Notes under the pieces: generated by a model
Told to the model about the DNA's origin: nothing
What the model saw: only the letters and a program-made list of their open reading frames with translations
The model's database searches: none
Origin: Candidatus Saccharimonadota bacterium
Lineage (GTDB): Bacteria; Patescibacteriota; Gracilibacteria; BD1-5; UBA2023
DNA length: 32,000 bases
Reading direction: 5' to 3'
NCBI GenBank assembly: GCA_046350815.1
Contig: JAXLZO010000001.1
Location: forward strand, 1,140,001-1,172,000
Part shown: piece after piece, positions 1-13,300 of the stretch
Position numbering within the stretch: position 1 is the first letter of the stretch
How the letters are laid out: each line of letters begins with the position of its first letter
Made by a program: the position numbers and the translations under genes

Positions 1-2104
1 TCACAATAGTGAGCACCACTGAGTACTCGCCTGGGCGATCATAGATATACGTTTGAACTGCTTTCGACTCATCAACAGGTGGTTTATTTTCGCCAAAATC
101 AAAGAGATATTTTGCTATACGACCAGATCGAACATTCGAGGCAGATGCATCAACAGTAAGAGTCACGGGGGCAAAATCACTCGAAACATGGAGCTCCATT
201 ATAGGATTCATCGCTTGAGCACTACTCTCAATAATAATTTTTTGAACTACGGCATCTTTATCTCATCGATTCGTCTCAATAAGATACTTGAAATAAATAT
301 TGTACTTTGCTGATTGTGGAATCAAAAATTCTCAACTGATACCATTTGTAACACGTTGATCATCAAAATAAACCTCAACATCTTTGAGAGTAACACTCTC
401 ACCCGGAAGACCATCGATACGAACTTCTTCAGCATTGTAGCTCAATCTCGTACCCGCAGTAATACCTCGAATAACCGATGCGCCAAGCTCACGATTATAA
501 TTAAACGGGAGAAGATTCGGTTGAATAGATCCATCATCTGAGGCACGTCTAAGATCAAGCAAGCTTTGTGAATTATTTCCAGACCTAAGTACACGTGGTT
601 GTTTTATATTGAGAGCTTGTGTGAGAGTCACACTTTCATTGTTTCCATCTACCATACGAAGACCGATTTCATAATCACCATATTGATTGAATGTATAAGT
701 AAACTCTTTTCCATTTCATTTTTTCACACCATCAATGAGCCATTCATAGGTTTGAATTTCACCTCATTTTTTCGTCTTTGGATCTTGTACTTTTAAATCA
801 TAAGCAAGTCAACCTTTCTCAGATGGCTGGATAACAAGTTCTCATGTGATAGGAGCACGATCTTTCCCGGGGATTACAATGAATTTATTACACGGTGCAC
901 TATAGAAAGCTCCTCCAGCAAAAGGGTACTTATTATTTACCTTTACAGCAAGACATACACCATAATCAGTATTCTCGATAGGTGCAGTAAACTTTGCACC
1001 ATCACCTACCTTTTTGCCATCACGATACCATTCAATATCTCCTTGAGGCAAGAGAGTATCAGCATTGAGACTTATAACATTTTGTTTTGATTCGAGAGTT
1101 ACCACTTTGTTCATAGTAAAAGCTGGAAGAACCATCTCAATACGAATCGTCTTTTTGGTTACTCGATCAATTCCTTCATAAAATCCAGTTGGTCTATAGG
1201 TAATATCAGGCCTTGTATACGTAGCAATCAAAGTATCGTCGGTGCGTGGATCTTTTCAGGTTTTTCGACTCTTTTGATCATTATTATCAAAATTGATTTC
1301 AAAACTCGTTATATTCATTACCTGAGAGACTTTCTTTGCATTTGCTTTAATATCATAACGTATCGTCACAGGACCTATGAGAGTGAGGTCTGTGTTGATC
1401 ATGGCTGATCGGTTATTTGGAAGCTTTCGGTTGATAGAATCAAGATATTTATCATTATCATAGAGTATAATGCCACCATTCGGATTAGCAAAGTCTACAT
1501 CGCCGATTTGACGAAAGAGTGCAGCCCACGCAGCTACTACACCAAAAAGGAGAATAAACACGATCATCGTACCAACACCATAGAGAAGTTTTTGTTTCTT
1601 TTGCTCAGGATTCTTAAACGAAAGAAATTTATAGAGACAAATAATCGCAATGATCGACAATGTCAATGTCGTAATCGAAAATGTTGCAGAAATCAACTGT
1701 TTCAATACTTGAGCAATATTCTCAGGATCAATACCGAGAGAATTGAAGAATCAAGCATCTTCTGGATGAAACACAACATAACCAAGTACTACCGAGGCAA
1801 AAATCGTGATGGAAAGAGTGAGAAATGCAAGTGCGCGAAAAGCATCAGCAGGACTCAGAGATTTTTTTGGCTTCTTTGGTGGCATGCTGCCACCGGTAGC
1901 CCCTATAGCATTCGTTGCTCCAGGATTTGTTCCACCTTCAGGTGTCGCCTCAACAGCTGCTTTTTGTGAGTCAGAAAGCGATGCTTGAACAAGGTCAGCA
2001 AGGCTTTGTGGTTGCGCTGATACAGGATTCGAAGGAACATCTCACGTGAGAGGAAGACTACCACTAGTTGAGGACGATTCTGAAGGAGAGTTATTAGTTT
2101 GCAT
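1..2104 (-). CDS. Large membrane-anchored surface protein with PKD/Ig-like repeats (partial; 3' end runs off the left edge)
   Basis: One frame is open from ATG at 2104 to position 1 once TGA is sense. It joins track ORFs 1256-1705, 842-1231 and 332-655. I checked codon by codon across 656-841 and found only TGA interruptions. N-terminus is a Ser/Pro/Gly-rich segment followed by three hydrophobic helices. PKD-like signatures follow (IEWYRDGK, YEWLIDGV, KYLFDFGEN...GEYSVVLTI). Confidence 0.7.
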
Positions 2105-2151
2105 ACAGATTAACTAAATCATGAAACAAGGCTAAAAAATGAAAACAGATA

Positions 2152-5100
2152 TTACGATCGGAGCCATTCAGGAAGATCACTATTTGGGACAGAAGCATTC
2201 GGACTCGCTGCTGTAGTACCATCGGAAACAACCTGACCAGGAGCATTAAGAGAGAATCCGGAAGATACATCTCATTGTTCTTCTTGGAGTTGTACCTTTG
2301 ATTTTCTGCGTGGCTTCCTTGGTTTTGACTCGGTTGTGTCAGTAGTAGTATCAGTCGATGGATTCTCAGATGATTGCTGCTCTCAAGCAGTATTAATTAC
2401 AGAAGTGTCTTGAGATGTAACTCCAAGGGATACATCCATAGGTGATAGACTGAATGGAGATGTTTCTTGTATAGACTCTTCAATAACATCTGGATGAGTA
2501 GCACTTTCATTCTCAGCAACAGATACATCACCTTGAAGCCAATCTGGGATTTCCGATGAAGGAAGAACTATTTCTTGTTTTTCTGATGAAGGAGTTGATT
2601 CGCCTCATTCTACTTTTTGATTCTCTGAAGTTGTAAGATCTTCTTGAGCAACTGTAGCATTCAGAGTCTCAACTGAATCATTCGCATCACTCGTACCAGT
2701 CAACCAAGATGGCAGCTCGCTCGATGGTACATTATTTGATGAGTTTTGTGTATCTAATCCTTCATTAATACTCTTTGAAATTGGCATCGAAGGAAGAACT
2801 GATTCCTCTGTTGGAGATGGAGAACTAATCGACTTGAGCCAGTCCGGTATCTCAGGTGGTGTTGTTGATTCAACAGGAATATCCTTCTGAACTACTGTTT
2901 CTGGCATAAGGGAATCGGAGGAGGCAAGAGGATCACTAGGAGGAATTGTTGGTGTTGGGTTAAAATCAACAGCATTCTTGAGCCAAGACGGCAATGATTC
3001 GGTGGATGCTGACTGAGTTTCAGAGACTCATGATGGCGATGGAACACTCGATACCTGAGCTAGAGGATCAACCGTATTTTGAGGCACAACTGAGTCTCAA
3101 GAAACCAAGGGGGTTATGGATGTTTCAGGTAAGGATTTCTCAGGTATTGATTCAAGCTTTACTGTAGAAGTCACCGGGGATGGAGTACTCGGTTTTACCG
3201 GTGTCCCAGGCAAGCCATCATCGTGACCATGTTGGAAGAGCTTTTCAATAATCCAATCTTGAAATCAAATCGCATCATTTTTATTCGTAATCTTGAAGAA
3301 AACAAGAAGCATGAGAATAAGTCCTACAACGACTCAGAAGAGAATGCCTAATACTTGACCAATCAGAATAATTGTCCCCATAAATCATCCACTCGATGAT
3401 GATTCTCGAGGTGTTTCAGTTGATGGATCAATATCGCTTGATGGGATATTCTCAGATCCATGATAGATGATAATCTTGAGCTGACTCTTGAGAATATTTT
3501 TATTCTCAACTGTAATCTGAGGATCATCTTTAACATAAGAGAGAATCTTGAGTGCTTTTGCTTTATTCTCCTCAAGATTATTTGGTGCATCAATAATTTC
3601 CTTGAGAAGACCTCCATTACCATCTTTTCACATCACTTCTTCAGCATATGAACTCGTAGGTGGTATGAGTCCACGTATGGTATTCAGCGCTGTTGAAACC
3701 TCCTTACCAAGAGCATCGTCAGTCGCAAGAAAACTCTCAAGAATCGTATTCATATCAGTCACAAGTTTTGGATCAAGACCCGCACTTGCAATTGCTTTTT
3801 CAAATTCGATAATCGTTGTTGTTTTTTGGTTTTGATCGTACCATTCATCCTTAAGTTTACCAAAATAACTCATGAATGTTGCTCGAGATGCTTCAGGTAC
3901 CTGGGACTGGATCATCTCACGAAGTGCCTCAAGATTCGCTCGATCTTGCTCTCGAATCTCTGTAATCTCCTGATTTGGTTCAGGATCAACAGCTACAGCC
4001 GAAACAAAACTGGATTTAATAACAATTTCTTTACTATCAATTTTTTGATTGTTCGAGTCATAGAATGTCACACGAACCGTGCGACTTGCATCACGGTCAT
4101 TGAATCACTTTACTACATAAACTCAACCATTTCTATACGTCGGGGAATTGCGATTATCTTCATCATCCGCTGCATCACCGTTCAGATTCGAGTCAACATT
4201 GAGATTATCATCAATCGCATACTTCGCAACATTTCCTTGGGAAGAAATATAGAGTGTTACTTTATCATCAGGATAGTCGATCGTGACAGAGTTATTCACA
4301 GCTCGTGGTTGACTCAGAAGAATAGTACCATTGCTCGATGCAGCTGTCTTTATATTTCGAGTATCAACATGCACACTATCAGTTGCTGTAACTTCTTTAT
4401 CACCATCAGAAACTCTCATCGTAATATCCGCCTGGTCCTTTCACTCTGGAAGAATCATAGTAATACTATCAAGCTCATTTGAAGTAGCACCGTCTGGAAG
4501 TTCCCAAGTTACATTATTGTAAACACCACGGGTCGAGTTCACAAGAACAATCATTCGACCGATAGCAATATAGTCAAAGCTTGGTTTGAGATCATTTGTT
4601 ACCGTGATGGTAATGGTTCGAGTATTTGATACACCCTTGTAGAGCGCCTTCACCTTCGCTCGGTAAATACCTGGTCTTTGATATGTATAAGTAGCCGTTG
4701 ATCATGTAGCGTTCTTATCATAGAACCCATCGCCATCGAAATCCCATTTAAATATGGTACGATCCGTGATATTATCATCAAGGAGATTTGTAGTGTTTGT
4801 AGTAAATGTAACCTGCTTTCAAGCTATCACCGTATTTGCCGGTGCTGCAAGTGACGATTTAAGTGTAATCAAAGGGGTATTGCTATTGTCACTCTGGAGA
4901 GTGATCGCTGCATCTTGTGACAAAAGATCAACACTTTTTGATTTTACCCCATTTGAGTCCTCAAGAATGACTCCAAAATAATATGTATCATCAATGCGTG
5001 GGAGGACAAAGGTTGTCTGTGGAGCGCGTGTCACTCGAAGTCATTGTGGTTCACTATCTGTCTTGGTCCAATACGACCAAATATATGAGGTAATAACTCC

Positions 5101-7851
5101 ATCTGGATCCTGTGCATTAATCGCATTCACATTCACAATTACTGGATCTTTCGTGGTGTCAGCGCTTGTCACACTCAAACCAGACAGTGTTGGTGGAATA
5201 TTATCAACTTTCACCCATATTTCACGAGATGCACTTGCACCAGACTGATTTGATCGAACGGAAAGTCGTATAGGGAAACAACCAAGCTCATCAAAAGAAT
5301 ATGGAAATGTTTGAAGACTCGAAGTTTTTCCATTTGCTTTCCAAGAGTAAGAGAGATTTTGAGTTGTACCATCAACATTGAGACTATCCCGAGCAGATAT
5401 ATCAATACTCGATAGTCGAGAAATGGTATATCCTTCCTTCCCAACCCCACAAACACCTACTTCAGGAATAACGGTCTCACCAGCTTGAGATATACTGATA
5501 AGTGGAACTGGCGTATCCGAATCACCAACATAGACCACTCGCGAAACCGTATTCGCAATTCCAGTATTATCAGCACGTATAGTCAAGCGAACCGTATAGA
5601 TACCAGATCGATTATACACATGCGACATTTTACTATCTGGAACAGGGTTCGTTGTAACACCGTCACCAAAATTCCAAACAAATATTTTCGCTTCAGGCGC
5701 ATTTGCAACAAACAACATTGGATCACCAACTCGCACAATTTTTTGAGCTATTTTAAGATCAGCACCAAGGAGAGAATCAATGGTAATTTTCTTGCTCGTT
5801 GTAGTACTGAGCCCATTTGGACTGATCACCTCAAGGTCTACTGTATGTTCGCCTATTTCGGAAAGTTTATAAACACCAATGGCACCATTTCTCTGTGTAT
5901 CTATGAGCTCTCGTGGTTGTCCGTCAATTTTCCATCGATATTTGAGCTGATCTGCCGAATTAGTATCAGGATCTATGCTTTGAGTCGCATTGAGACGAAG
6001 AACATTTGGCTGTTCACTTGAAAATTTGGAGAGTGCAAAATTAGCAACTGGTGGCCGCGGATCAATAGTAATGACAACAAAATCTGTATCGGTTTTATTA
6101 TCAACAGTAGTAGCATTCAGTTTTACTGTATATTCTCAGACTTTCTTAAATCGATAATTAAGAGTTCCTCATTTGATTCTTGCAATGTCACGATTATCTT
6201 TGTTATCAATAATAATCCAATCATAAACCAGATTGAGACGAGAATTTGCAGTTGTTGTAGTGAATCTAAAATCATCTTGAAGAGATCCAGAAGTTTTTGG
6301 GGTAACAATACTCGCAATAGGATCACGAACCTTGAGAGTAATAGTTTTTCTTGTTACTTCACTTGAGTTATTCTTAAGAGCAAGTGATATATTATAATCA
6401 CCTTCTCGCGCATAAATTTGACGCTCAAGACGAGGTCATTGAAAATATGAAGTAGATCGTCAATTCCCAAAATCCCATTCTGTAGAGACAAATTGTGCGC
6501 CATCTTTTGAAGTTGATGCAGTCGCATCAATAACAAGTCCATTTCTTGCTTGTCCTGGAGTCACTTTCAACTCACTCAAATTATTAACGTTAATACCATT
6601 AATAAAAAGAGAAATATTTGCAAGCTTTGGGAGAACATTGATATCCGTACGGATATGTAGCGGAAGCACGTCAGTTTTTCCATTTACATTCTTACTATCA
6701 GAAGTGACATCAAGAAATACCGTATAGATTTTTTCATCTGGAAACGAATAAAGAAAAGACACGCCTCGTCCAATGATAACTTTTTCATTACGTGATCACT
6801 TAAACCACCAAACATAATTTTCATTTGGAATTTTCTTTCCAGAAGGATCTTTTACGTTATTAGCACGAAATGTAACCGTCAATGGGGCATTACCAGAATT
6901 TACACTCGAACCAATCTCTCAAGATATCCGACCAATATTTACTCATTCTTTAAATCCATTTATGAGACCTTCGAGTCCGGATGCTTCATCTTTGCTCTTT
7001 GGATTCGCAAGAACCTTTGAGAGAGCTACTTTAATCTTTGCAATTTTTGCAGCATTTACTGTTTTGACATCGTCAGGAAGTGTAAGACTCGATTGATCGA
7101 TAAGATTAGTGAGTTCTTGTACGGTTTCAGATTTTACACCCGTACTATTTTGTTCAAGAAATACCTTGATCATCAAGCGATCAAAATGAAACTTGTACTC
7201 ATCAAAAGTGCCAAGCATTACATCAGGAATTTCAGGATCTTGGAGAGCTTGAGCTGTGTCCACACCAATCACTGATCCGATTTGACGCTCGATAGTACTA
7301 CGAAAAGAAGTTGCTCATGCTTGAAGAATACCACCTTTTCCATCTTTATCACCGATCACAAATATTGTAATAGAGTATGCAAGAAAAATAAGTATGACTC
7401 CAAGAAAAGCATAAACAATGGTTTTCTTTGCGTTTTTCACCACCTCTTCATTTCATCATGAAACCATAATCTTACCACCTTGATAAATAATAAGGAGTAC
7501 ACATATAAGAGCTACGAAACCAAGAAGATAAACCACAATCGACTGAATATAATCAGTAAAAGTTCATCCAGTTGCTACTTTATTTTTAAGAGCTCATTCA
7601 AGCTCAGTTTTAGCAATTCCAGAAGTACATGCATCACCTACACACTGATTAATAATGGTCGCACCACAATCAGCATCCGTATAGAGTGAATCTGCAGTAC
7701 ATGCTGCGTAAGTAGTATTCACAAATCAAAGAGGTGATACTCAAGAATTCCCATGGATGAATGGAAAAAGGAAAGAAACGAGTGAAAAGAGACTCAAGAT
7801 AAGTCACACGAGTGGAACGCTCAGGCGCGTAGAATGAGATATTCGGTGCAT
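2152..7851 (-). CDS. Giant (about 1899 aa) surface protein: N-terminal TrbC/VirB2-like pilin domain, PKD repeat array, C-terminal TM helix and repeat-bearing tail
   Basis: A single frame runs from ATG 7851 to TAA 2152-2154 with TGA as sense. It joins track ORFs 6943-7272, 6460-6762, 5041-5829, 4819-5034, 4441-4653, 4123-4419, 3628-4071 and 2605-2994. N-terminus has a signal/TM segment, a 4-Cys stretch, and two TM helices flanking GGKIMVSGGNEEVVKNAKKT. At least eight PKD-type repeats are visible (TEWDFGNG, YRWKIDGQ, FVWNFGDGV, YSWKANGK, FKWDFDGDG, VTWELPDG). A TM helix (GTIILIGQVLGILFGVVVGLILMLLVFF) precedes an S/P/T/E-rich tail. Confidence 0.8.
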
Positions 7852-7892
7852 AGAAAGAAATTTGTCTTCACTACTCTACCCTATCTTGCCGC

Positions 7893-7928
7893 GTAAAGCA
7901 AAAGACGCTCTTGCAGAAGATCGTCTTT
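7893..7928 (-). terminator. Rho-independent terminator after the solute-binding protein gene
   Basis: Minus-strand reading is AAAGACGATCTT-CTGC-AAGAGCGTCTTT (6+4 bp stem with one A/G mismatch) followed by TGCTTT. It lies just downstream of the TAA at 7935-7937. Confidence 0.5.
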
Positions 7929-7934
7929 ATGTTA

Positions 7935-9431
7935 TTACTCTTGAATATCAAGACTACATACCTTGTCAAAGGCTGATTGGGAAAGGAGTTGTGCACGCTG
8001 ACAATTTATATATCAAACCAGTTGATTGAGTCATCATGAAATATCGCTCGATTTGATAACTTTTGTAAGTCACATGGTATACTCTAGATACAATCATGGA
8101 TTAAATGATACAATATTATTATCCTTTGGTATAAATGCAGCAAATCATGTACGTGGATAATTCGTTGTGAGATTACTGGTTGCTTGGGAATTCGCGATAT
8201 TTCTATTCGCTGAAATCATCATTGGCTCTCATACAGAATAGAGTTTTTGAGCTTCGGGAGTGGAGAGAAACGCAAGAAATGCAACTGCTCCAGATGGATT
8301 ATCCGTGTCTCGAGAGAGAGCAAGATACGAATAAAAAATAACACTCTGATTCTGAGTCCCAAACTGAGGAAGGGGTGCTGTTGCAAAATTTCATTTCATC
8401 AAAACATTGCTTGTGCCCACTCGTTTTGTCGCAAGCTGAATACTATCTATAAGCCTTGGCGTACCAATGATTGATGCGACTTTTCCCATAGCAAAGAGAT
8501 CAACGAGTTGATTCATTTTAGAATTACCCGATTTGATTGTCTCAAGCAAGCTTGATCCAGCACTTTGATTGGTAGAGGTGTTATTGAGGGAGCTATCTCA
8601 GTTATTACCCTGAGATCACTCTTCCACAAAATCTGATGGTATGGATGAGGTATTATCCGATGAATTCTGTATTGTAAGCTGTGATTTCTCAAACACTTCA
8701 AAACGTTTAATTGCTTGTAGTGCATTCGCATTAGTCAGTCCAGAGAATGAGTTGACTCATACGCTTACAAGTGATTGAGTCAATATCTCATTGATCTGGG
8801 GAGTAGATGGGGATAATACAAATCCGAGCGGGAAAGCATCTTCCGAACCATTCTTTGCAAGAGTTTCCATCTCTCAAAGAGTTTTTGGTGGCACTGGCAT
8901 CAAACTGGAGTTAAAGTACAATCCAAGTGATTCATAACCCATCGCTATGCCCTTAAGAGCAAGAACAACAATATTTCTTCCTTCGGCATCCAGTCCATTT
9001 CATGAAATAGTTAGATCTTTAAGAATAGTTGGATTATATGTTTGGGACAATTCTCCAACATTTACAACATCAGGTGGTATGGCTGTTACCTTATTTTCAA
9101 GATATTCTCCACCAACCGATGGGACCATAAGGATATCAGGACCTCGATTATCCGAAAAAGCACTGATAAGATTTTTCTCATAATCCGCCTGAGAAAGAAA
9201 CTTGGTAATAACAATGTCCGTATTTGCAAACTGTGGACGCACCTGTTTAAATCGCTCAATAATAGCATTGTATCAAGCACTATTTTCACCAACAATCCAC
9301 ATATCAATACGACCACCAACGAGTGGTGTTTTATTCTTTGCAGTATATGCCTTAATAGCGAACCAACCCAGAGCAATACTGATTATAGCAATGACAATAG
9401 CAACGAGGAAAATAGTTTTACGCGGAGACAT
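7935..9431 (-). CDS. Extracellular solute-binding protein (ABC transporter SBP family 1-like), membrane-anchored
   Basis: ATG at 9431, TAA at 7935-7937, checked codon by codon with only TGA interruptions. N-terminal TM anchor is [21 protein letters not shown]-like motifs include [32 protein letters not shown] and [17 protein letters not shown]. It carries a low-complexity N/S/T-rich insertion. Confidence 0.55.
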
Positions 9432-9825
9432 GAGAGAGCTGATTTATGATTTTTGTACGGAGTAATTCAAGTTCAGTCGATTCTGGTTTGGGATTTTGTG
9501 GAATATGGTTCAACTCAACATCTGATGGAATCAGATGAATATGTGTATGTGGTACTTCAAAACCCTGAATTGCAAAAATAATACGTTTCCTAGGAAAAAT
9601 AGCAAGCAACGCCTCTGATAGAGATTGAGATATTATCATAAGATGGGATAATACATCACTTGGCACATCCACCCATTGATCTATCTCCACCTTTGGAATA
9701 AGAAGTGTATGACCCGGCGCCTTTGCAAATATATCAAGGATGGCAATGCATATTTCATCTTCATAGACAATATATGCAGGGATATCACGTGAAATGATAC
9801 GCGAAAAAATGGATGTACCTGACAT
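9418..9825 (-). CDS. HIT-family (histidine triad) nucleotide hydrolase
   Basis: ATG at 9823-9825 gives [24 protein letters not shown]. The histidine triad motif HTHIHLIP is present. Stop is TAA at 9418-9420. The gene overlaps the downstream SBP start by 14 nt. Confidence 0.85.
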   Translation of the reverse strand: MSGTSIFSRIISRDIPAYIVYEDEICIAILDIFAKAPGHTLLIPKVEIDQWVDVPSDVLSHLMIISQSLSEALLAIFPRKRIIFAIQGFEVPHTHIHLIPSDVELNHIPQNPKPESTELELLRTKIINQLSHVSA

Positions 9826-9926
9826 AAGGAAAATACTATAAAACATCAAAAGTATACTCAAAAAAAGAGATTGTCACGAAAAGTAGAAGAGATATAATAG
9901 CCATCGTATCTCTCTTCAATATCCCT

Positions 9927-10175
9927 ATGTGAACTTCCTGTACTAAAAACTCCTGTGAAAGTTGCCTTATGCCTTTTAGCAAAGATCTTGGAAAAAGAGA
10001 ATCAGAAAAATACTGTAGTTATTGTTTTAAAAATGGTGAACTCTGTTACAAAGGAAATAACCTGAAAGAATTCCAGAAAATATGTTATAATTCAATGATT
10101 AAAATGTGAATCAACTCAATTCTCGCAAAGTTCTATACGTTCTGCATTCGTTTTGCACCAAGATGGAAAAAATAG
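9927..10175 (+). CDS. Putative zinc-ribbon domain protein (Zn_ribbon_2/PF12674-like), 82 aa
   Basis: Sequence is ATG 9927, TGA(Gly) ... TAG 10173-10175. Pattern C-x2-C ... YCSYCFKNGEL ... FAPRWKK matches this small zinc-ribbon family as I remember it. It contains two in-frame TGA codons. Confidence 0.6.
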
Positions 10176-10176
10176 T

Positions 10177-10208
10177 AAAAATCCTAATTCTTAAAGAATT
10201 AGGATTTT
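10177..10208. terminator. Bidirectional intrinsic terminator between the convergent zinc-ribbon gene and dnaE
   Basis: Perfect hairpin AAAATCCTAATTC-TTAAA-GAATTAGGATTTT. T-rich tracts follow it in both orientations. Confidence 0.7.
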
Positions 10209-10381
10209 ATTTGCTGCCTCCCCTTCAGCAAAAGAGATTACAAAGAATGAAAGTTGAAACTGTTAACCTTCAGATACAACATTTGAGGATAGCCCTAAGG
10301 CATCAGATGCTCGATAATATAAATCACAATTGATTACATTTGTAAACACTGATGATTCAGAGGCTACAAGATTAGAAGATT

Positions 10382-13300
10382 TTAATGATATGAATTCGCC
10401 CATAATTTCCCTATAAATTCTTTCAACGATACCGTATCCTGAAGAGAAATTTTTGTCGAGACCAGAGATCAAGCTATTGAGAGAGTTATGAGGATTTCTC
10501 CTGAGGGGAGACTCTGAAGAAAAGATTTTAATGTTATGAGGTCTTCTTTTTTTGCAGATGGAGGAACATATATGGTATATGTCGACTCTCACTGTTCCAT
10601 GCGTTTTGATTCACGCTCCGATTGTTCATGTGCGATGATTCGCTCATTTCGAGCACGAAAATCCCTGAGGCTTTGTGCAAGCACTTTTTTTGGCAAGATT
10701 TGCACACGATTATTTTCCACATCTATCTTGAGATCTCCATCGATGAAGAGCACTTTTCATTCCACAAGATATTGCTCGAACTGATCATAATCCTTTGGGA
10801 ATACTACCATTTCAAATTCAAATCATACGCTTGAAAGCATTGCTACACCCATCAGTTTTCCAGTTTTTGTTGGCATTTTTCGAATACTCTCAACATAGCC
10901 AATGAGTCGTGCTGATGGAAGTTTTTGTCGATAATTTTTCTTTGAATCATCCAAAGTATCTGATGATGGAATTGGAAGAGGAGATTCATCCATTTGATCT
11001 ATATCCTCAATGGAATTCTGCGCATCCTTCATCTCATCAATCAAATCAAGTCATTTCATCTGAGATCGTATCACCTCTTCAAGGTAGCGAAATGGTCATC
11101 AAGAAGCTGGATATCACATCACCATAATCTCATTATTCATCTTATCAACGTAATCAAACTCGTCAAAACGCCGTATGGAAAAATCATGTTCTTTCAAGCT
11201 TTCATCATCGAACATATCAAAAAGCCCAACCTGTGAATTTGATTGTTTTTTCTGATGCTCCTTATGATAGGCAAGTATTTGAGGCATTGCTTCAATGAGC
11301 GTTCGACGATTCTCAAAACGATCAAGACATCAGGAGTGAATCAATGCTTCAAGTGATTTTTTATTGATAACATCACCTGAAAGACGAGCAATCATATCAT
11401 GAATTCCCTCGAAATCTTTCTCCTTTCGATGTTCGATAATATCTTGGATGGGAGTATCTCAGAGTCACTTCAATGCCTTCAGACCAAAGCGAATTTCACC
11501 AGCATTCAAAAAGGTAAAATGTTTACGGGATTCATTAATATCTGGGGGGAGGACTTCGATCTTTTTGGATCGACATTCCTCGATCTCCATACGAATACGA
11601 TCTGTATCTTCCTCATCACTACACATAAGCGCTGTCATGAATTCTGTCGGATAGTACGCCTTGAGATAAGCAGTCTGGTAAGCAATGAGAGAATAACATG
11701 CGGCATGGGATTTATTGAAACCGTAATCAGCAAATGGCAGGATAATATCATCAAAGATATACACAGCAAGATCTTCCGGATGTCATTCTTTTTTAGCAGC
11801 ATTGATAAAAATTTGCTTCTGCTCCATAAGAACTTCAAGAAGTTTCTTTCATATAGCACGCCTCAAGATATCCGCCTGAGCAAGGGAAAATCATGCAAAT
11901 GCTTGTACGAGTGCCATGATTTGCTCTTGGTATACAGCAATACCATAGGTTGGCGCGAGGATGGCTTCTAATGAGGGATGAGGATATTTCACTATTTCCT
12001 TGCCATGTTTACGAGCGATAAATGTTGGGATATACTTGAGTGGACCAGGACGATAGAGAGAAACCATAGCGATGACATCTTCGAATACACTTGGTTTGAG
12101 TTCACGCAGATACTTACGCATACCGGTGGACTCAAATTGAAATACTCAAGTTGTATCTCCATTCGCAAATACTTCAAATACCTTTGGGTCTTCAAAGGAA
12201 ATCTTGAGGAGATCAACATCAACATCGTGTACATCTTTGATAATAGCAAGTGCTCGCTTCATGATCGAGAGATTGCGGAGACCGAGAAAGTCCATCTTGA
12301 GAAGACCTAGATCCTCCAAAGGTTTTTGCGAGAATTGTGTCACAATGCCTTCACTATCTTTTGGTGGATGTTGAAGAGGACAGTAATTTGTCATCGGCTC
12401 AGGCGCAATAATCACCGCACAGGCATGTACACCAAGCTGACGAACGGTACCCTCAAGTATTCGAGCCGTATCAACAACCTTATGAATCTGAACATCCTCA
12501 TCATAGAGTGTCTTAAACTCGGGTGAGTCATTGAGTGCTGATTCAATCGTTGTTCCGGGTTTTGCAGGGATGAGTTTTGCATGAGTATTCATTTGAGCAA
12601 AAGGAATACCAAGGGCCTTCCCTACATCCTTAAATGCTGCTTTTGCAGCCATCGTACCAAAGGTACAGACCTGAGCTACATGATCCGCTCCATATTTTTT
12701 ACTCACATATTCGAGTACTCGCTCACGCTCATCATCAGCAAAATCCACATCAATATCCGGCATAGACACACGTGCAGGATTGAGAAATCGCTCAAAGAGA
12801 AGACCGTATCGAATCGGCTCAACATCGGTAATTTTAGATACATAAGCAAGTACCGCTCACGCAGCTGATCCTCGACCTGGACCGACAGGGATATCATGAT
12901 CTTTTGCCCACTGAATATAGTCAGAAACAATATTAAAATATCCGTTAAATCCCATGAGATTCACCACCGTTAATTCATATTCCAAGCGTTCAAATATTTT
13001 TTGTTCACGTTCTCCAAGTCTATCAAAAATCTCACGCTTGCGAGGAAGAAAGCTCTGATGTGCAATTTGAATCAGCTCTTCTACCGGGATATCTTTGAGT
13101 TTCTTTTCTGGTGGTGATGTGAGTTTTTTACGGATACAAATATCAATCTCCGCAGGACTAAGAGTAAATTCATATCGTTCAAGCATACCCGAGATACACA
13201 CTGATCGAAGAAGCCACTCTTCACTATCGAGCACAACTTCCTCAGAAGTGCAGGTAATGCGAAATTTCTCATACTCGGCACGCTGATCATCCGAGAGAGG

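Noticed and set aside
3363-3623. Minus-strand ORF 3363-3623 (86 aa) in a different frame from the giant protein
   Set aside because: It is out of frame with, and fully overlapped by, the continuous table-25 reading frame. That frame encodes a sensible TM helix and linker there.
3826-4482. Long plus-strand track ORFs (3826-4482, 5485-6021, 11399-11971, 26369-26842, 29244-29741, 29983-30393 and similar)
   Set aside because: They are antisense shadows of well-supported minus-strand genes. Their composition is I/R/S/C/F-rich and low in complexity, and they have no recognisable motifs.
10263-10403. 46-aa minus-strand ORF ([10 protein letters not shown]...) overlapping the dnaE stop, in the 170-nt gap before the terminator
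   Set aside because: It has no motif and no SD, and it overlaps the dnaE C-terminus, which itself looks like a genuine conserved tail. It cannot be supported from sequence alone.
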